From: Rhina ancylostomus | Taxonomy: Eukaryota | Direction: 5' to 3' | NCBI GenBank assembly: GCA_030265395.1 | Contig: JARFYF010000056.1 | Span: 5,979,486 to 6,043,485 of the forward strand | DNA length: 64,000 nucleotides | Part shown: piece after piece, positions 48,966-62,955 of the stretch | How positions within the stretch are numbered: position 1 is the stretch's first letter | Layout: every line of letters begins with the position of its first letter | The notes under the pieces: generated by a model | The model's database searches: none | Told to the model about the DNA's origin: nothing | What the model saw: the letters and a program-made list of their open reading frames with translations, nothing else | Program-made: the position numbers and the translations under genes

Positions 48966-51838
48966 AAGTCAGAACAGACAAATGTCTCCTCTTCTGATAC
49001 AAGACTCTGTAATAATTCCTCAATTCCTCAAACCTCATCTTTTTAAATCTTCATGTACTTTTCAGACTTGTCTCTTTGTCTATGTGCTTTCTGAAGTGCT
49101 TTTCTTCAATGCACAATGACCAAAACTGAAGTCTTGCAAAGCATCGCTATTTCTGCAGAGACACATTCAATTGTTCGAACTACATCCCCTAACATTTAGT
49201 TTTCGTCAGCACTTCACTGCATGACCTGAACTGTGGTGAACAGAGTTTTCAAATACATGTAATACTTGATTTTTTTTGTCTGATTGAAAAATTGATTTAA
49301 TTTGGATCTGGTCTCCTGAACTTTCAATTTCTTTTCTCATCATCACATTGATTTCATGATCCATTTTATTATGCACATGAGGAACAGGATAATGCCAAGA
49401 ACTCACCCTTTAAACTTTGTAAAACTTCACTTCCTCATCCATTTTGTTCTCACATCTCTCAGCAGAACTCTTGGTTTACCCATCTTCAAGCCACAAGTTG
49501 TTCAGCCCCAAATCAATGTACCTTTCAGCTTAATTAGCAATCTTTCATGTGGCACATAGAAACCTTTCACAATGACTAAAAGTGAGATACTTATGATACC
49601 ACCTATCTGCAAAATTCTCAAACAAGTGGAAGTAATTTGTCAAGCAAGAACCAAGCTCACCTAACCATGTTGCTGGCCATTTCCTATAACTTGCTAGCAT
49701 GTCAAATAGTAAATAAAATGGAAAATTTAGAGGCTGTGCAAGGAAAATTAAACAAAGTGATAATTTTCAGCTTTTCTTACAATTTCTCCATCCTTCTCCT
49801 GATGGAAGGATTTTGCTTTCCATTTGGCAAGCCAGATATCTCCAGCTGAGATCAAATAATTTGCATTGCAAGGAATGTCAACAGCATGCCGGCATGGTGA
49901 CAACTTCAAGCAGTACTTGAACAGGCACACTTCTCCAGCTTTATACTGAAATAGAGCCTGTAACTTGACTTGTGAACTGCACAAATTTCCAAATGATTGT
50001 TTCATGCAAAAGACTTGCAATTTGGTGTATTATCAATAAGTTATCAGATTTAATAATTTGCAGCATAACAGGATTGGTTATTGTTTGAAAACTGTACAAT
50101 CTTTAATAATATACTGGATTAACACATGCTCTTGAATCATTAAGCAAACACAAAATGAAACAACAGCCTTGCTCAATTTACAAATTGTTTTAAAAACTGA
50201 AAAATAAAACTTCCACTTCATTGTTACTAAATCTTAAAAGATACTAATGATCAACTTAAAAATGTCCTAGAATTGTAAAATTATGACCAGTCTTAACATT
50301 TTGACAAGATATTTTGCATTGATTAGAAAGCAAAATTGTTATATGGAAGCAAAAATTAAACAAAATAATTATACACTTCAATGAACCATAAAAATATTTT
50401 AAATTCTCAATATATTTTATTTACTAATTTATACAAAGTAGCTGTCACAGATAAAGCCTTTCTGAAAGTGTACCCAGAACTGTTGTTGAATTGAAAAGAC
50501 TGTAGGCCATTTTAGGTGCATGTTGGGCTCTACCACTTGCTTGAGAATCTTAGACATGATGAGGGAGACAGATTTCTTCTCTGGAAGAGCTACAAACCAG
50601 GAGGTTAGGAGGTTCATGTTTACTATCCTGACATGAGCTCTTTCTTGACTCTCCCGAATTCAAATTTTTCATGCGTGTGGTGGGTTTTGAATCAGTCCAG
50701 GATTCTGGGTTTCTCATTCAGTAATTTAACCCAAGAGTTACAACAACCTCTTTCAACTTCCCTCTCGTTTAGGTGCATCTATTACATACAAATTTACAAC
50801 TCTTAACATAAAATGTTGTTTGATATACTAGTGGTACTGAAAAGATGACAAGTAATTCAGCTTAGAGGCTATTATTGAACTGTAAAACTACCAAAACTAA
50901 AGGCTAATCAGAAATCAGTCCCAAATATGTAGATATTTCACTTTCTACAGCTTTGATAAGAATCTGACCAGAAAATCTGGAGATCAACAATGCTTTCGAT
51001 CCTAGTTTAAAAATATAATTAACTTCAAAATCCTGCTGTTTTGCTTTCAATTGCAATGGATTTTTACAAGCATGATAACATCAGGAGAACAGGTTTGGGT
51101 TTTTTTTCATGGGTTAAGGTAGGGGTGTGTTGGGTGGGTGTGGAGTGAGAAAGGACGATAATATAACTATTGATGCCTTGAAGAGCTCAAGAGAACATTG
51201 TCATATTTACAACAGCTTTGATTCACCTTCCTCACACAGTTAAGGTCAGCAATTCCAGCAAGTCTTCAACTCCAAAGTAATTTTGAGATCAAAACAGAAA
51301 TATAATGTCAATATTATTTACAATATTTAGGTTTTAGAAATATTACAAATGCAAAATCCCAACTGCTTCTGCTCAAAATGCAAAGAATAATCTTTGGCAT
51401 CTCATACATTTTTCTGAGAAATCATTGACATTCCCTTGTCATCTTTTTCCAACTAAATGTGGAATGCTGGTTGTTCAAAGTTGATTTATTCAGATACCAG
51501 GTTGCAATTGTGACTGCCACTCCTAATGGTCAACATCAGTAAAACAGAGGTTGAAATAGAGGAGATAAAGAATGCAGACTCAGCTTCCACTGAAATTTTC
51601 TTCCAAATATTCCCGTTGTAAAGAATGCTCTTCCACCAATCACAGCATCCTCAAGCATTTGTTTTATATCATTGACACCAAAATCTGCCAACCCAGTGTC
51701 CCATTTAGCAGATTTTTATGCAAACATCACAACTTTTTTTATACTTTAAACTATTTCAAACATGCACATTTCTAATCAGTACTTTGCTTATACATATATT
51801 TTGTAGATGTTTGTCAAAAGTTAAAAAGTCAAACTTAC

Positions 51839-51946
51839 TGTACTCTCTGACCAGACAGAATTCCAAAGTGCTCTGACTCTCTAAGGTACGATCTAAATCT
51901 ACAGCTACGTTAGGTTCATTTTGCTTCTCAAGCCGATATTGATGTC
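51839..51946 (-). CDS. MAPKAP1: MAPKAP1/SIN1 coding exon (human exon 8 equivalent; Ras-binding domain)
   Basis: 108 bp, tttctttccAG|...|GTaagt. Translates (G)[35 protein letters not shown](S); human SIN1 is [37 protein letters not shown]. Phase 1-1. Confidence 0.97.
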
Positions 51947-54900
51947 CTGGAAAGAAAAAAAGGCCAGCAAATAATGTGAATGAGAAACTTTCATCTTAAT
52001 TGCGTAGAAACTGTAGTTAAACACTTCAGTTAGTGTTTATATCCCTTCGCTTCCCCCATAGCAAAAAAATGCCATGAACTGATTAACACATCAACCATTG
52101 TTTCAATAAAACTAGGGTCACTTGTATTACATAGTCAAGGCTCAAAAAAGTAAATGGTTTTGGGCACAAAAGTTTAAATAATACACTAATACTTGTGGCA
52201 TTTCTCCTATATTGCACAGCCATTTAAAGCAGCCCAATGGCAACAAACTAATTTAAATTGGTTTGGAAAATCTCCTTATTTTCTTGGCCAGTGTTCTCTC
52301 TTTCAAAGCAAAAGCAGATTCAGAAAACAAGAAATTAGGTCATGGCTTTAATCAAAAATATTTGCTTCCTTCCTCACAATTTTCACAATTTATTTGGGAA
52401 GAATTTTATTGTTATTTACTTGCTGAAATATTATGAGATCTACAAAGACAAATGAAATTTAACAATCGTGTTTTATTTCCCTCACATAATAGCATGCTTT
52501 CTCTTGCATCAGTTTTCCCCCTCTTCTGAAGCTGTTGAGCTCTTGCTGCACTCCAGTTGCCCTCCTGTATCTTGTCCAAATGGCTGCAATATGAATATGA
52601 GCATTGGAATGGGAGTCGACTGTTGGATCACAGTGGGTGCTCAGCTAATCTGTTCTCACTAAATCTCCAGCATGCCTCTACAGTGGGAGGTTCCTGCATA
52701 GTCACCAACGGCGTGAGCACTGTTGGATCTTCCCCTTCCCAAGCAAAAAACACGTTCTGCTCATATCACTGGTTATCCCAGTAACTTGCTGTGAGCCTAA
52801 CAAGCTCAACTGTTCAATATATGAAACAGCTCAGTCCTATGGCATTGTTTGAAAATTAAATAGCATACAAATTCAAGTTACAATCTGATATAATCACAAT
52901 GTTTGTGCAATAAGATAGAGCATNNNNNNNNNNNNNNNNNNNNNNCATTTCAGTGCCTCCGTAAAAGCACTTACCCTGTTGCAGCCCTGCACTCATGTCA
53001 AGCGGCAGGAATACACCAGAGTGCTCTCTGTACATCCTTGCCAGCTAACCTTGAGTGTCATTCAGTTTTATGTAAACTGACAGTAATCATCATTTACAAA
53101 ACAATGAAACTTTAATTCATTAAAAAGCTTCAAAAGTAAGGGGTCTAAGGGGGAGGATGACAGTTGATAATAACACAATCGTTTCCTCTTGGAATTTGAA
53201 TCCTTGTCTTTCCCCAAAGAAAGTGTCCTGCGCTTGCCACTACAACAGCAACATTCATTCACCTGTCTCAACATTGTTCTAATGGACACCAGCCCCAGTG
53301 GCACAAAAATGAGCAGTTTTACTCCAGAGCCAAAAAGTTGTGAGGAAGAGATCAAGGAGGTCATCTCTCTGCAGCAAAATCTGAAGTGCATTGTTGTGTT
53401 AATGTGAGGGAAGCTTTATGCTGCAGCTAAGCTGTGTCTGTTTGATATTGATAATGGTGTTAGAACTGGAAATTAGTTTCAATCCCCAGCATGTTAATGT
53501 GAGCATGATTATCAGAAACAGAATGTTTATGAGAAGATTTTAAAAAATGGCAATATTCTTTATCACATGCACTGTGCTGTGTGACACTTAATTCAATGCT
53601 TAAAGCAAATTTCAACAGTCTTCATGTTGACAGTTTTAAAGCTATATATAAAATAATTTTCTAAAGATCCATTTAATTTGTAAAGTTATACTTTTAATTC
53701 CAAAAGCCTTTAAAAAAACCATTTGAGTGCAGAAACTAAAGCAATTTCTGAATAACACATTGTAGCCACCCGCATGTGTTACAAGTGAACATGAACCCAT
53801 CCTTCAAATGAGCCTTTCTCCAAAGTCAAAAGGTATTTTGGAATGACTCGGCAACACAAACCACTTCTATTTGGTGTAGACTTTAATTTCTTTATAATTT
53901 AAGCATTAAATCTTAAAATATTATTTACTCTGAAATCACGTATGTTTAATTAATACAATTCAGTAAATTGCCCAAATAATACCAACTCTGCCCCATTTAT
54001 ATAGTGTGAAAATGCTGCACTAATCTTTGATGGCTACAGTAACACAAGCTGTCTTTGTAAATCAATATAAATTCTGCAAAGTGACAGATCATAATCTGTA
54101 AGACACTTTAGGATATTACATGTCAACTGGGGGTTTTACCATACGAGACAGCAGGCACATTATTGCAATTGTAGAAAAACCTGTGTATGCATAAACATGC
54201 TGTATCACAGAACCAACAGTGCAGGTGTTTGCAGACAAAAAAAAACACAGGCTGAAGCTATAGCTGGCCTTTAGAAAATGCTCATCTCTAAATGAACTCA
54301 AATGCCTGGTGTTAAACAGAACAAAGGGCTGTTACAATTATACATGACTACACAACATATTTAACTTGTGTTAACTATACATATGCAGAGCTGCACAAAA
54401 CAACATCTCCTCCTTCAATGCCAGTAACATATTCAACATTTCCATTATTTTACTGTGGGATAAGATCTTGTGTTTGCACTGGTTTTTGAAACAAAGGAGC
54501 CTTGCCTTTTGTTTGAATGCACAGTTCAGACAAGTCCAGTGTAGTGAAAAGACAGAGGTTACTTTCTTAACAAACCTGAATAAATTGGAAAAAAATGCTG
54601 AAAACGTTTTGGAAACACAACCCATCAATTCTAATTTTTAAACTTTCACTTTCAGTCAACAACAGAAAAAGGTCCCTTCGAACTTTTATCTTCACTACAA
54701 AGTGTTCTTATCTCATGGTGGTGTCAGGAGCTTTATCTCTCTTTCAAGTGACAACACAGACAATTCAGTTAAAATTGGAAAAGAATCCCACTTCAGTTGA
54801 GTAAATAAATAATCAATACTCATCTAAATGCAAATGAGAAACTAGCCCCCTCTGATAACAGGGTGCTTATCAAAGATCCAATTTTCTCCAGACAGTTGGA

Positions 54901-55859
54901 TGCAACCAAATCACCATCATCCAGTCACAAACTAATGGATAAAAATCGTAACTAAACTGAGCAGATCACTAGAGATCAACTAAGTTGCAGGTTTCGGCCA
55001 CTTCACATTTAACTAGCTTTGCTATCACTCACTTCCTTGTTTGGATCATTCCAATCAACTATGGTCTCCTTTTGAATGTGGTTAACAATTATTAGTTCAG
55101 ATCATTAAATCCACAGCAGCAAATGATGAAAGCTGCTGGCTGAAATGAAGTAAATAAAATCTGTTTACAGCATCCTTTACGACAGAGAGCAAGGCACAAA
55201 GATTTTGTCCAATTTTCATGAACCAGGACTCTAATGTTAAATCAAATAATCTAATTGCTTTTCTGTCACTGTGGTTAAAATAACGTGTTTCTACATACCT
55301 TTAGTATGGTTGATAAACATTCTGTACCACAAAAAAATGCACCATGGATTGCCACTCAATTGGTTAAGAAGAGATCATAAAGCATTTCAGTGACAATGAT
55401 GGGGCAGCAGAGAAAAGGCTTTAAAGATGCTTGAGAGTCTCACTGAGGAAATACAAATATCAACTTGTGCAAAATTTTGGGCTGCACCCAAAAGCAGCCA
55501 GAGTCTGGTTGATGAGACAGGCACTAGGTTCACTCCCCAACAACTGGGGGATAACAACATCTGAAGAATGATCTCCCTGTTGTTTCTGAAATATTATGTT
55601 AGCATTAAGCTCGGGTAAAGTTCACTTTGCACCAATCTAGTTCTTAGATTTTTCACCATGCCATCCTAAGCTTATAACAAGGCTAAGGAATAGCTGCAAA
55701 TTACAGAAGGGACTCATAGCTGGAAAAAAAATTAAAGCAGTTGTAAACTTTTGTTTGGGCTGTTTGGTACATTAATACAGGAACCAACTGATCATAAACC
55801 AGTCTGTGATTCAGTAAAGTGAACACTACTTCACCTCAAAGAAATCCTGGTCTATAGTT

Positions 55860-56776
55860 TACCTGGATGAGGAAGTGGAGGAATGGGTTAGTAAGTCTGC
55901 TGAAGACACAAAGGTTGGAGGTGTTGTGGATAGTTTGGAGGGCTGTCAGAGGTTACAGTGGGACATAGACAGGATGCAAAACTGTGCTGAGAAGTGGCAG
56001 ATGCAGTTCAACCCAGTAAGTGCCAAGTGGTTCATTTTGGTAGGTCAAATGTAATGGCAGAATATAGTATTAATGGTAGGACTCTTGGCAGTGTGGAGGA
56101 TCAGAGGGATCTTGGAGTCCAAGTCCATAGGACGCTCAAAGCGGCTGCACAGGTTGACTCTGTGGTTAAGAAGGCAGATGGTGTATTGTCCTTCATCANN
56201 NNNNNNNNNNNNNNNNNNNNNNNNNNNNNNNNNNNNNNNNNNNNNNNNNNNNNNNNNNNNNNNNNNNNNNNNNNNNNNNNNNNNNNNNNNNNNNNNNNNN
56301 NNNNNNNNNNNNNNNNNNNNNNNNNNNNNNNNNNNNNNNNNNNNNNNNNNNNNNNNNNNNNNNNNNNNNNNNNNNNNNNNNNNNNNNNNNNNNNNNNNNN
56401 NNNNNNNNNNNNNNNNNNNNNNNNNNNNNNNNNNNNNNNNNNNNNNNNNNNNNNNNNNNNNNNNNNNNNNNNNNNNNNNNNNNNNNNNNNNNNNNNNNNN
56501 NNNNNNNNNNNNNNNNNNNNNNNNNNNNNNNNNNNNNNNNNNNNNNNNNNNNNNNNNNNNNNNNNNNNNNNNNNNNNNNNNNNNNNNNNNNNNNNNNNNN
56601 ACGGAGGTGGAGGCGGATACGATAGGGTCTTTCAAGAGACTTTTGGATGGGTACATGGAGCTTAGAAAAATAGAGGGTTATGGGTAAGCCTAGTAATTTC
56701 TAAGGTAGAGACATGTTTGACACAACTTCGTGGGCTGAAGGGCCTGTATTGTGCTGTAAGTTTTCTATGTTTCTAT
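55860..56776 (+). mobile_element. Relatively young 5'-truncated CR1 LINE with internal N-gap 56199-56600
   Basis: LDEEVEEWVSKSAEDTKVGG...LQWDIDRMQNCAEKWQMQFNP (FADDTK motif decayed to SAEDTK); EVEADTIGSFKRLLDGYM; tail tttctatgtttctat. Confidence 0.92.
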
Positions 56777-59219
56777 AATTAAAACCAATTCACCACATTT
56801 TAAATCTCAATGGCCTGGATAATTAAAAAACTATACTGGACTCCAGTGTAAGCTGGAAGTGCATCTAACTGGGAACTCTGGCCATGAACAAAGCAACATG
56901 CAGATCATTTAACGCTTTCATCTTGTATTGCAAATATATTTGCATTGACTAACAAGTTAGGAATTCATGACATGCAGTTTTCGGCTCCAAAATTAAGTAT
57001 TTATGAAAGAGCATATTCTGTAAATATTTCAGTCTCGTCAGAGCAAAGAAATCTAAAGAAACAGTTAAGGCAATTCAAGTCAGAGTCCAAAACTTGCATC
57101 AAAGTATCTACAACTGGGAGAAGTATTTTTGAAAGGCAGAGATACAAAGAAAAAGGGGAATAAGCCATTTCATCTGACTCCAAGAAATACACTGTACTCG
57201 ATTTGATCAAAAATATGGGTAGTTTGGGCACTTTTTATTCTGAAGGAAAATCTGAAGTTACATTCAAGCTTTCAGTACCCCACTTTCTTCCTGCTGCTCT
57301 TTCTGAATTCAGTTCAACGTGATGGAAACAAAATGCAGAGTGACAGGATTTCCAGTTGTGTCAGGGGTTTCTGACACCTGCTCCAGTGCAGTAAAACAAC
57401 TCCACTTTAAACCAATTCCAGCTAACAGTCTACTGACAGCTGAAGTGATCTAGGCTGAAAACCTAACTCTCAGTAAATCTAATATAATGAATATTTTTAA
57501 CATACATTATATTGCCTTGGGAAAGATACATTTCACGCTGTAAATGCTTCTACTTGCCGTGTTAATATCCATGGAAAAAGAATTGGTTTTCACTGCCAAA
57601 TCAAATACACTCATGATAGTCTGTTGCTGCTTTCCAATCTATTTCAGGTACGTGTCATATATCACTGTTCTAACCATACCCAAGTTTGAGACTATCTTGT
57701 GTATATAAAAACCAAGAGCTTCTTGTAATGATTTGTTTAAGATAAAATGATCAGAATGAAGATATTTGTAACCACAGGGGTTTTTTTTAGAATAAGTAGA
57801 TTACTAAGCGCTATTGATGGTTTACATAATGCACAGGAGAGTCATTTTTAAACGGAACATCCATCTGGGCTTTTGCAAAATCGCACATTAGGGAAGGAAT
57901 ACCAACCTTCAGAAAACCAAGTAACCCACCTTTTTCCCCTTTCCAGTGGACCATCACAGCTAGATGCAGCTTATATTGTTGGCCACGGCTAGAAAGACTA
58001 GAAAAAATCTGACAGCAAAGTACAACAGATGAGGGTAAAATATTACTTCTGAGATTTTATTTGGGGAGTTGTGGAGAAAGGCACAGATCCAACAGCCTTA
58101 CCAAAGCTGAACAGAGCTGCAGAGTAAAGAGGTTAAAATGCCCTTCGCACTAATCCCCCAACAAATCAGAAAAAGCAGTTGCTGACAATTTATTTCTCTA
58201 ATGAAGTGTGACTTAATAAAGAAAGGAAAAGCCTCCCTACACAGTGTATGTTATGTTCATATTTCACCAGCCCTTGAGCCAGTTTTTGCTTCCATATGTA
58301 GCTGAGAATCAGCCTTTCTGGCAGAGACACTTGGATCTACATCAATTCAGTAACTTAAATGTACATAAATGTCTTCAGTTTAACTTGTGTGCGAGAGTGA
58401 AAAAGGTCAGAAAAGAGGAGGCAATTGGCCAAGATTAGAAATTACTCAAGAAAAGCTACTAGTGTTTGGAATGTCATCTTTTGTTACAATAATCTTTGGG
58501 GACAACAAGATGGCCTATGGCAAAAGGTTTAGTGGATCAATTCAAGCTGGGGTGGGAGGGGAAGACAGACAACAGCTGGTGCAACAATCTATTTGTTCTG
58601 GAAGAATTTATTGTCTGTTTTAACTCATGAAATACAACTACAGTTAATAGAATTCTCCTGAATGAGAGGCGACAACCTCCACACAACCCTTTCTGCAAGT
58701 GCTTCAAATGCATCCAATACCATTTAAGTCTTTCTTCCAAAAGTGCAAGATGCTCAACAAAAACCTAATTCTTAAAAGCACAAATTAGAAAATCTCTCCC
58801 CACAACAATCACCGTCTACCCTTACCAAAAAATTTCTCATTATTCACTTGAAGATTTTGGCATGCTCACTGCCAATGTCAGAAGAACTTGTGCCAAGCAT
58901 CACATTCACTGTGAATAGTGGGCATGGTGCTTCCAAAGTACAAGCGGATGCAGGGGACAAAATGGGAAAACCAAGATGAGGACAAAACTTAGCACTTTCA
59001 CACAAAATACGAACCCTTGATCCAAATACACTGATTGCAAACAAAGGAAAAATAATCAAAGAAACTGGAGCAAAAGACCAACAGTTAACAGCAAGGGAAC
59101 AAATAAGAAAACTGAAGTAAAGGCTGAGGAAAGAAGGTGCATCACTTAAGAGACACAAGACTTAAGAAAAGCAAAAAAGACAATCAGGGTAAAACACGGA
59201 GTAAAACAAGCATCCAATA

Positions 59220-59690
59220 GGGGTGCAATGGGTGGCACAACAGTTACTGCTGCCCTCTTGCAGCTCCACACACCCAGGTCTGATTCTAACCCCATGCTGT
59301 TTGAGTGAAGTTTGCACCCTCCCTGGATGTTTTTTTGTTGGATGCTGCGGTTTCCTCTAACATTCCAAAGACATGCATGGCCTAATGGCAAGTTGCTCTT
59401 TAGTTACGTGGCGAAAGATAGGGAGTTGATGGACATGCGAAAGAGAATACTGATAGGATTGGAGATTCAAGAGACTGAAGATACTGGAATCCAGAGCAAA
59501 AAAACAAACTACTGGAGGAACTCAGCAGAAAGATAAAAGGGTCTTGACCCAAAATGTCGATTATCCATTCCTCTACCTGACCCGCTGAGTTCCACTGATA
59601 GGATTGCTCTGTTAGATGTTTACATGGGCCCAATGGGTTAATTAGCATCCTCCAGTGTAAGTAAAAGATGGTGATGGGCTGTACCACAAC
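59220..59690 (+). mobile_element. Degenerate V-SINE copies with an inserted Penelope-derived hairpin (about 59465-59600)
   Basis: gaagtttgcac...gatgctgcggtttcctctaacattccaaagac; gaagatactggaatccagagcaaaaaaacaaactactggaggaactcagc...cctgacccgctgagttcc. Confidence 0.65.
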
Positions 59691-62429
59691 AATACTGCAT
59701 TTTAAGATGAAATCCTGTATTGTTGAGCCACAGTTCTACTATTTACTATTTAAATATCAGTGAATATATATGTGAAATTATATAAGCGTTTCACCAGATT
59801 AATTTCTTCCCCACTTCCCCTCTACAACTAAACAACACAATTTTGTCTGTGTAGGTCAGTGATTTGATAAATTCCTTTTTTTAAAAAATGATACCATGAC
59901 CAATAAAACAAAATAATTACCGATTCACTTACTCATTCTTACAACACCAGTCATCTCTCTCAGAATATATATATTTTTGTCAAAAATAATGAACCTGCAC
60001 ATTCACAACTAATTTGCTTAAAACTTCCTGCAGTCGGTTTTGTTTGCCTCCAGCATTTAATTGTCTTTCAGTTCCTTGGTTCTGGTTTAAAGAATATAAA
60101 TACATAGAGTAACGTTAATACTAACTCCACTAAGAAATTAATCTAGCAGTGTTATCTTTCATTTTGTGATGAGAACTTGCCCTTCCAGCTACAAATATTG
60201 ATATAAAGGGATAAAACTTAACATAAATAAGGCCTATTAATTCACTATATCTACAGGCACAAAGAACAGCAGAAAACCAAATGATCATGTACTAGCACAT
60301 CTACACAACTGGATCTCAACAATTCTAGTCTAAGCACTGACCCATGACTGGCTCTGCAATGTCAAGAGTGATCCAATGCAAGTTACTCCAACTATTGCCA
60401 CAAAACTAAATTTTCTTTTTTTTTGTTTTCTCTTTATCTCATGAAGGTACAAATTCCTTCCAAGGCCAAGATTTCATTTAAGTGGAATAATCTTGTGTTT
60501 GCAAGCAAGCAGTGAGCTTTGACAGCGAAGATCTACAGGCTGGTGGGATCAGTCTAAACCTACTCTCCAATGTAACTTCTAATCTCTTTTTTAAAGTTCT
60601 TTTTCCACACTTTTTCTCTACTTCCAATTAATCACAGAGATTACAACATATCCTCAAGCTGTAACTCCAAGTACCGACACTGGTAAATATTTCCTACAAT
60701 TCTGGTAGATTTCATCACAAATCTAAACCAGGTTGTTAAAGTGTTGCAAATGAAGTGTTAGATGATGGTTTATGATGTACCATGGAAAGAGAGGAGGATT
60801 AAAGAGAAATTTGTTTATATTTACCCAATAGGTTGAAAGCAATACTCTTCAAATTAAAGAATTCTTCCAACACCAAAAAATCTCCTTCTCTGAATTAATG
60901 ACATACAGAAGATAGAATCTTTTATGTTTATCTAAAGCAGATGTTTTAAGTTACAACTGATGATATAAAAGGATCGTTCATGTTGGGAGTGAAGACAGTT
61001 GATTATTAGTCTGTTCATAACTATGGAAAATGCAGATCATGTCTCTGAAAAAAGCTGGCTTCCATTCAAGACTGTCTGTATTCATAATGTAACAATTCGT
61101 CATAAATCCATGGACTGTCTGACATTTAAAATAAACTCTTAGCACACTTATTAGAATACAAGATGCCATTTAATCCAGTCATAAAAGCTCAATACAAATA
61201 TATCCAAAACTGGGCAAGAATCCAATAGAAAACTGCACAAACAGGGTAGAACATTCAACTCCAGTGCCAAACATTTGGAAAGGACCATTAGCAGATCCGT
61301 GGAAGTCGCGTTGTTAGTTTTTAAAGGCAGAAATTGATTCATTCTTGATAAGGGAGTGCAAGGTTACTTGGGAGGGAGGGTGATAGGAATGCAGATTTGA
61401 TGTTACAGCCAGGTCACTGACAATCTTATTGAATGGGCCAGTAGATTCAAGTTCTGAGTGGCTTACTGTAATTTGTATGCTTCTGTTATTTTCCTTACCA
61501 GGACTTTAGTGCAGAAATAAAACAGAGTGGATGAATAATGGGAAATGCCAAAGGTCATTTCTTTCTCAGTTGAAAATCCTACTCAAAGAGTTAGGGTATN
61601 NNNNNNNNNNNNNNNNNNNNNNNNNNNNNNNNNNNNNNNNNNNNNNNNNNNNNNNNNNNNNNNNNNNNNNNNNNNNNNNNNNNNNNNNNNNNNNNNNNNN
61701 NNNNNNNNNNNNNNNNNNNNNNNNNNNNNNNNNNNNNNNNNNNNNNNNNNNNNNNNNNNNNNNNNNNNNNNNNNNNNNNNNNNNNNNNNNNNNNNNNNNN
61801 NNNNNNNNNNNNNNNNNNNNNNNNNNNNNNNNNNNNNNNNNNNNNNNNNNNNNNNNNNNNNNNNNNNNNNNNNNNNNNNNNNNNNNNNNNNNNNNNNNNN
61901 NNNNNNNNNNNNNNNNNNNNNNNNNNNNNNNNNNNNNNNNNNNNNNNNNNNNNNNNNNNNNNNNNNNNNNNNNNNNNNNNNNNNNTATAAAATTGGACAG
62001 ATGAGCAGATACAATTTAAAAATTTGCTCTTGATCTTCAGCATCAAGACCTGATCAATACAAGGAAAACATGGATTCTGACTAACACACTTATTTTAGTA
62101 ATGAACATTTTAACTAGCTAGGTCAACAACTCCTAAGCTTTCACAGTAACCACTAAGATTCCTTGAGAACCTGAAAAACACTTGAACTGGAGTGTGTATT
62201 TTAATCTGATGAGTTGAGCTCAGGAAGCCAAATCCTACCATTCACCAAGAATGCATTCCTATGCAACACCACTACCTCCTCCCAGAGTCAGCCGAATCAC
62301 TGCAGAAACCCTCAGCCATACTTTTACCTTGATACTTACCTTCTCTAACAGCAGCTTCATCAACCTGTGTAATATTTGTTCCCAGCATTGTAAATAAGTC
62401 ACTAAAAGTCAACATCCAGGTTCAGCAAA

Positions 62430-62955
62430 CAATTAGAAAGGCAAACACTGTTGGCCCTTGTAATGAGAGGATTTGAGTAAAGGAGCAAAAGATGTTTTAC
62501 TCCAATTGTGCAGGGCATTAGTGAGTACTGTACTCAGTTTGAGTCTCCTTGATGAAAAAAGATACATTTGGCATGGAATGAGTGCAAGGAATGGTTCTTG
62601 GCATAGCACATTTGTTCTATGAGGAGAGAAAGAGTAGACCAGGCCTGCATTCTCTAGTGTTGAAACTTGCAAAATTCTAACAGGGCTCAACAAGAGGATG
62701 CAGAGAGGGCGTTTCTTCTGATGAGAACTTAAGTAGAGGGTGGTGAATCTTTGGAGCTCTCTATCATGGAGGGCTGAGAAAGCCAAGTCATTGAATTCAT
62801 TGGAAATGAATAGGTTTCTGGACACTAAAGAAGATTAAGGGATATAGGGAGACTGTAGGAAAATGGACCCCAGGTAGAAGTTTACCAATGATCTGAAATG
62901 ATTGGCTGGACAGACCTGCAGGGCCAGATGGCTTATTCCTGCTTCTAGTTCTTAC
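62430..62955 (+). mobile_element. Degenerate CR1-type LINE 3' fragment
   Basis: aaggcaaacactgttggcc...agagggtggtgaatctttggagctctcta...tggcttattcctgcttctagttctta. Confidence 0.75.

Noticed and set aside
55994-56687. Long ORFs (203-223 aa) in the track; likewise 61531-62046 and 34919-35209
   Set aside because: Lengths come from N-runs. The real parts are CR1 ORF2 or MAPKAP1 exon 9.
62340-62364. Possible 25-nt minus-strand microexon with a perfect AG|GTAAGT donor
   Set aside because: Weak polypyrimidine tract, frame-shifting length, and no match to SIN1 exon 7, which appears to lie beyond the window.
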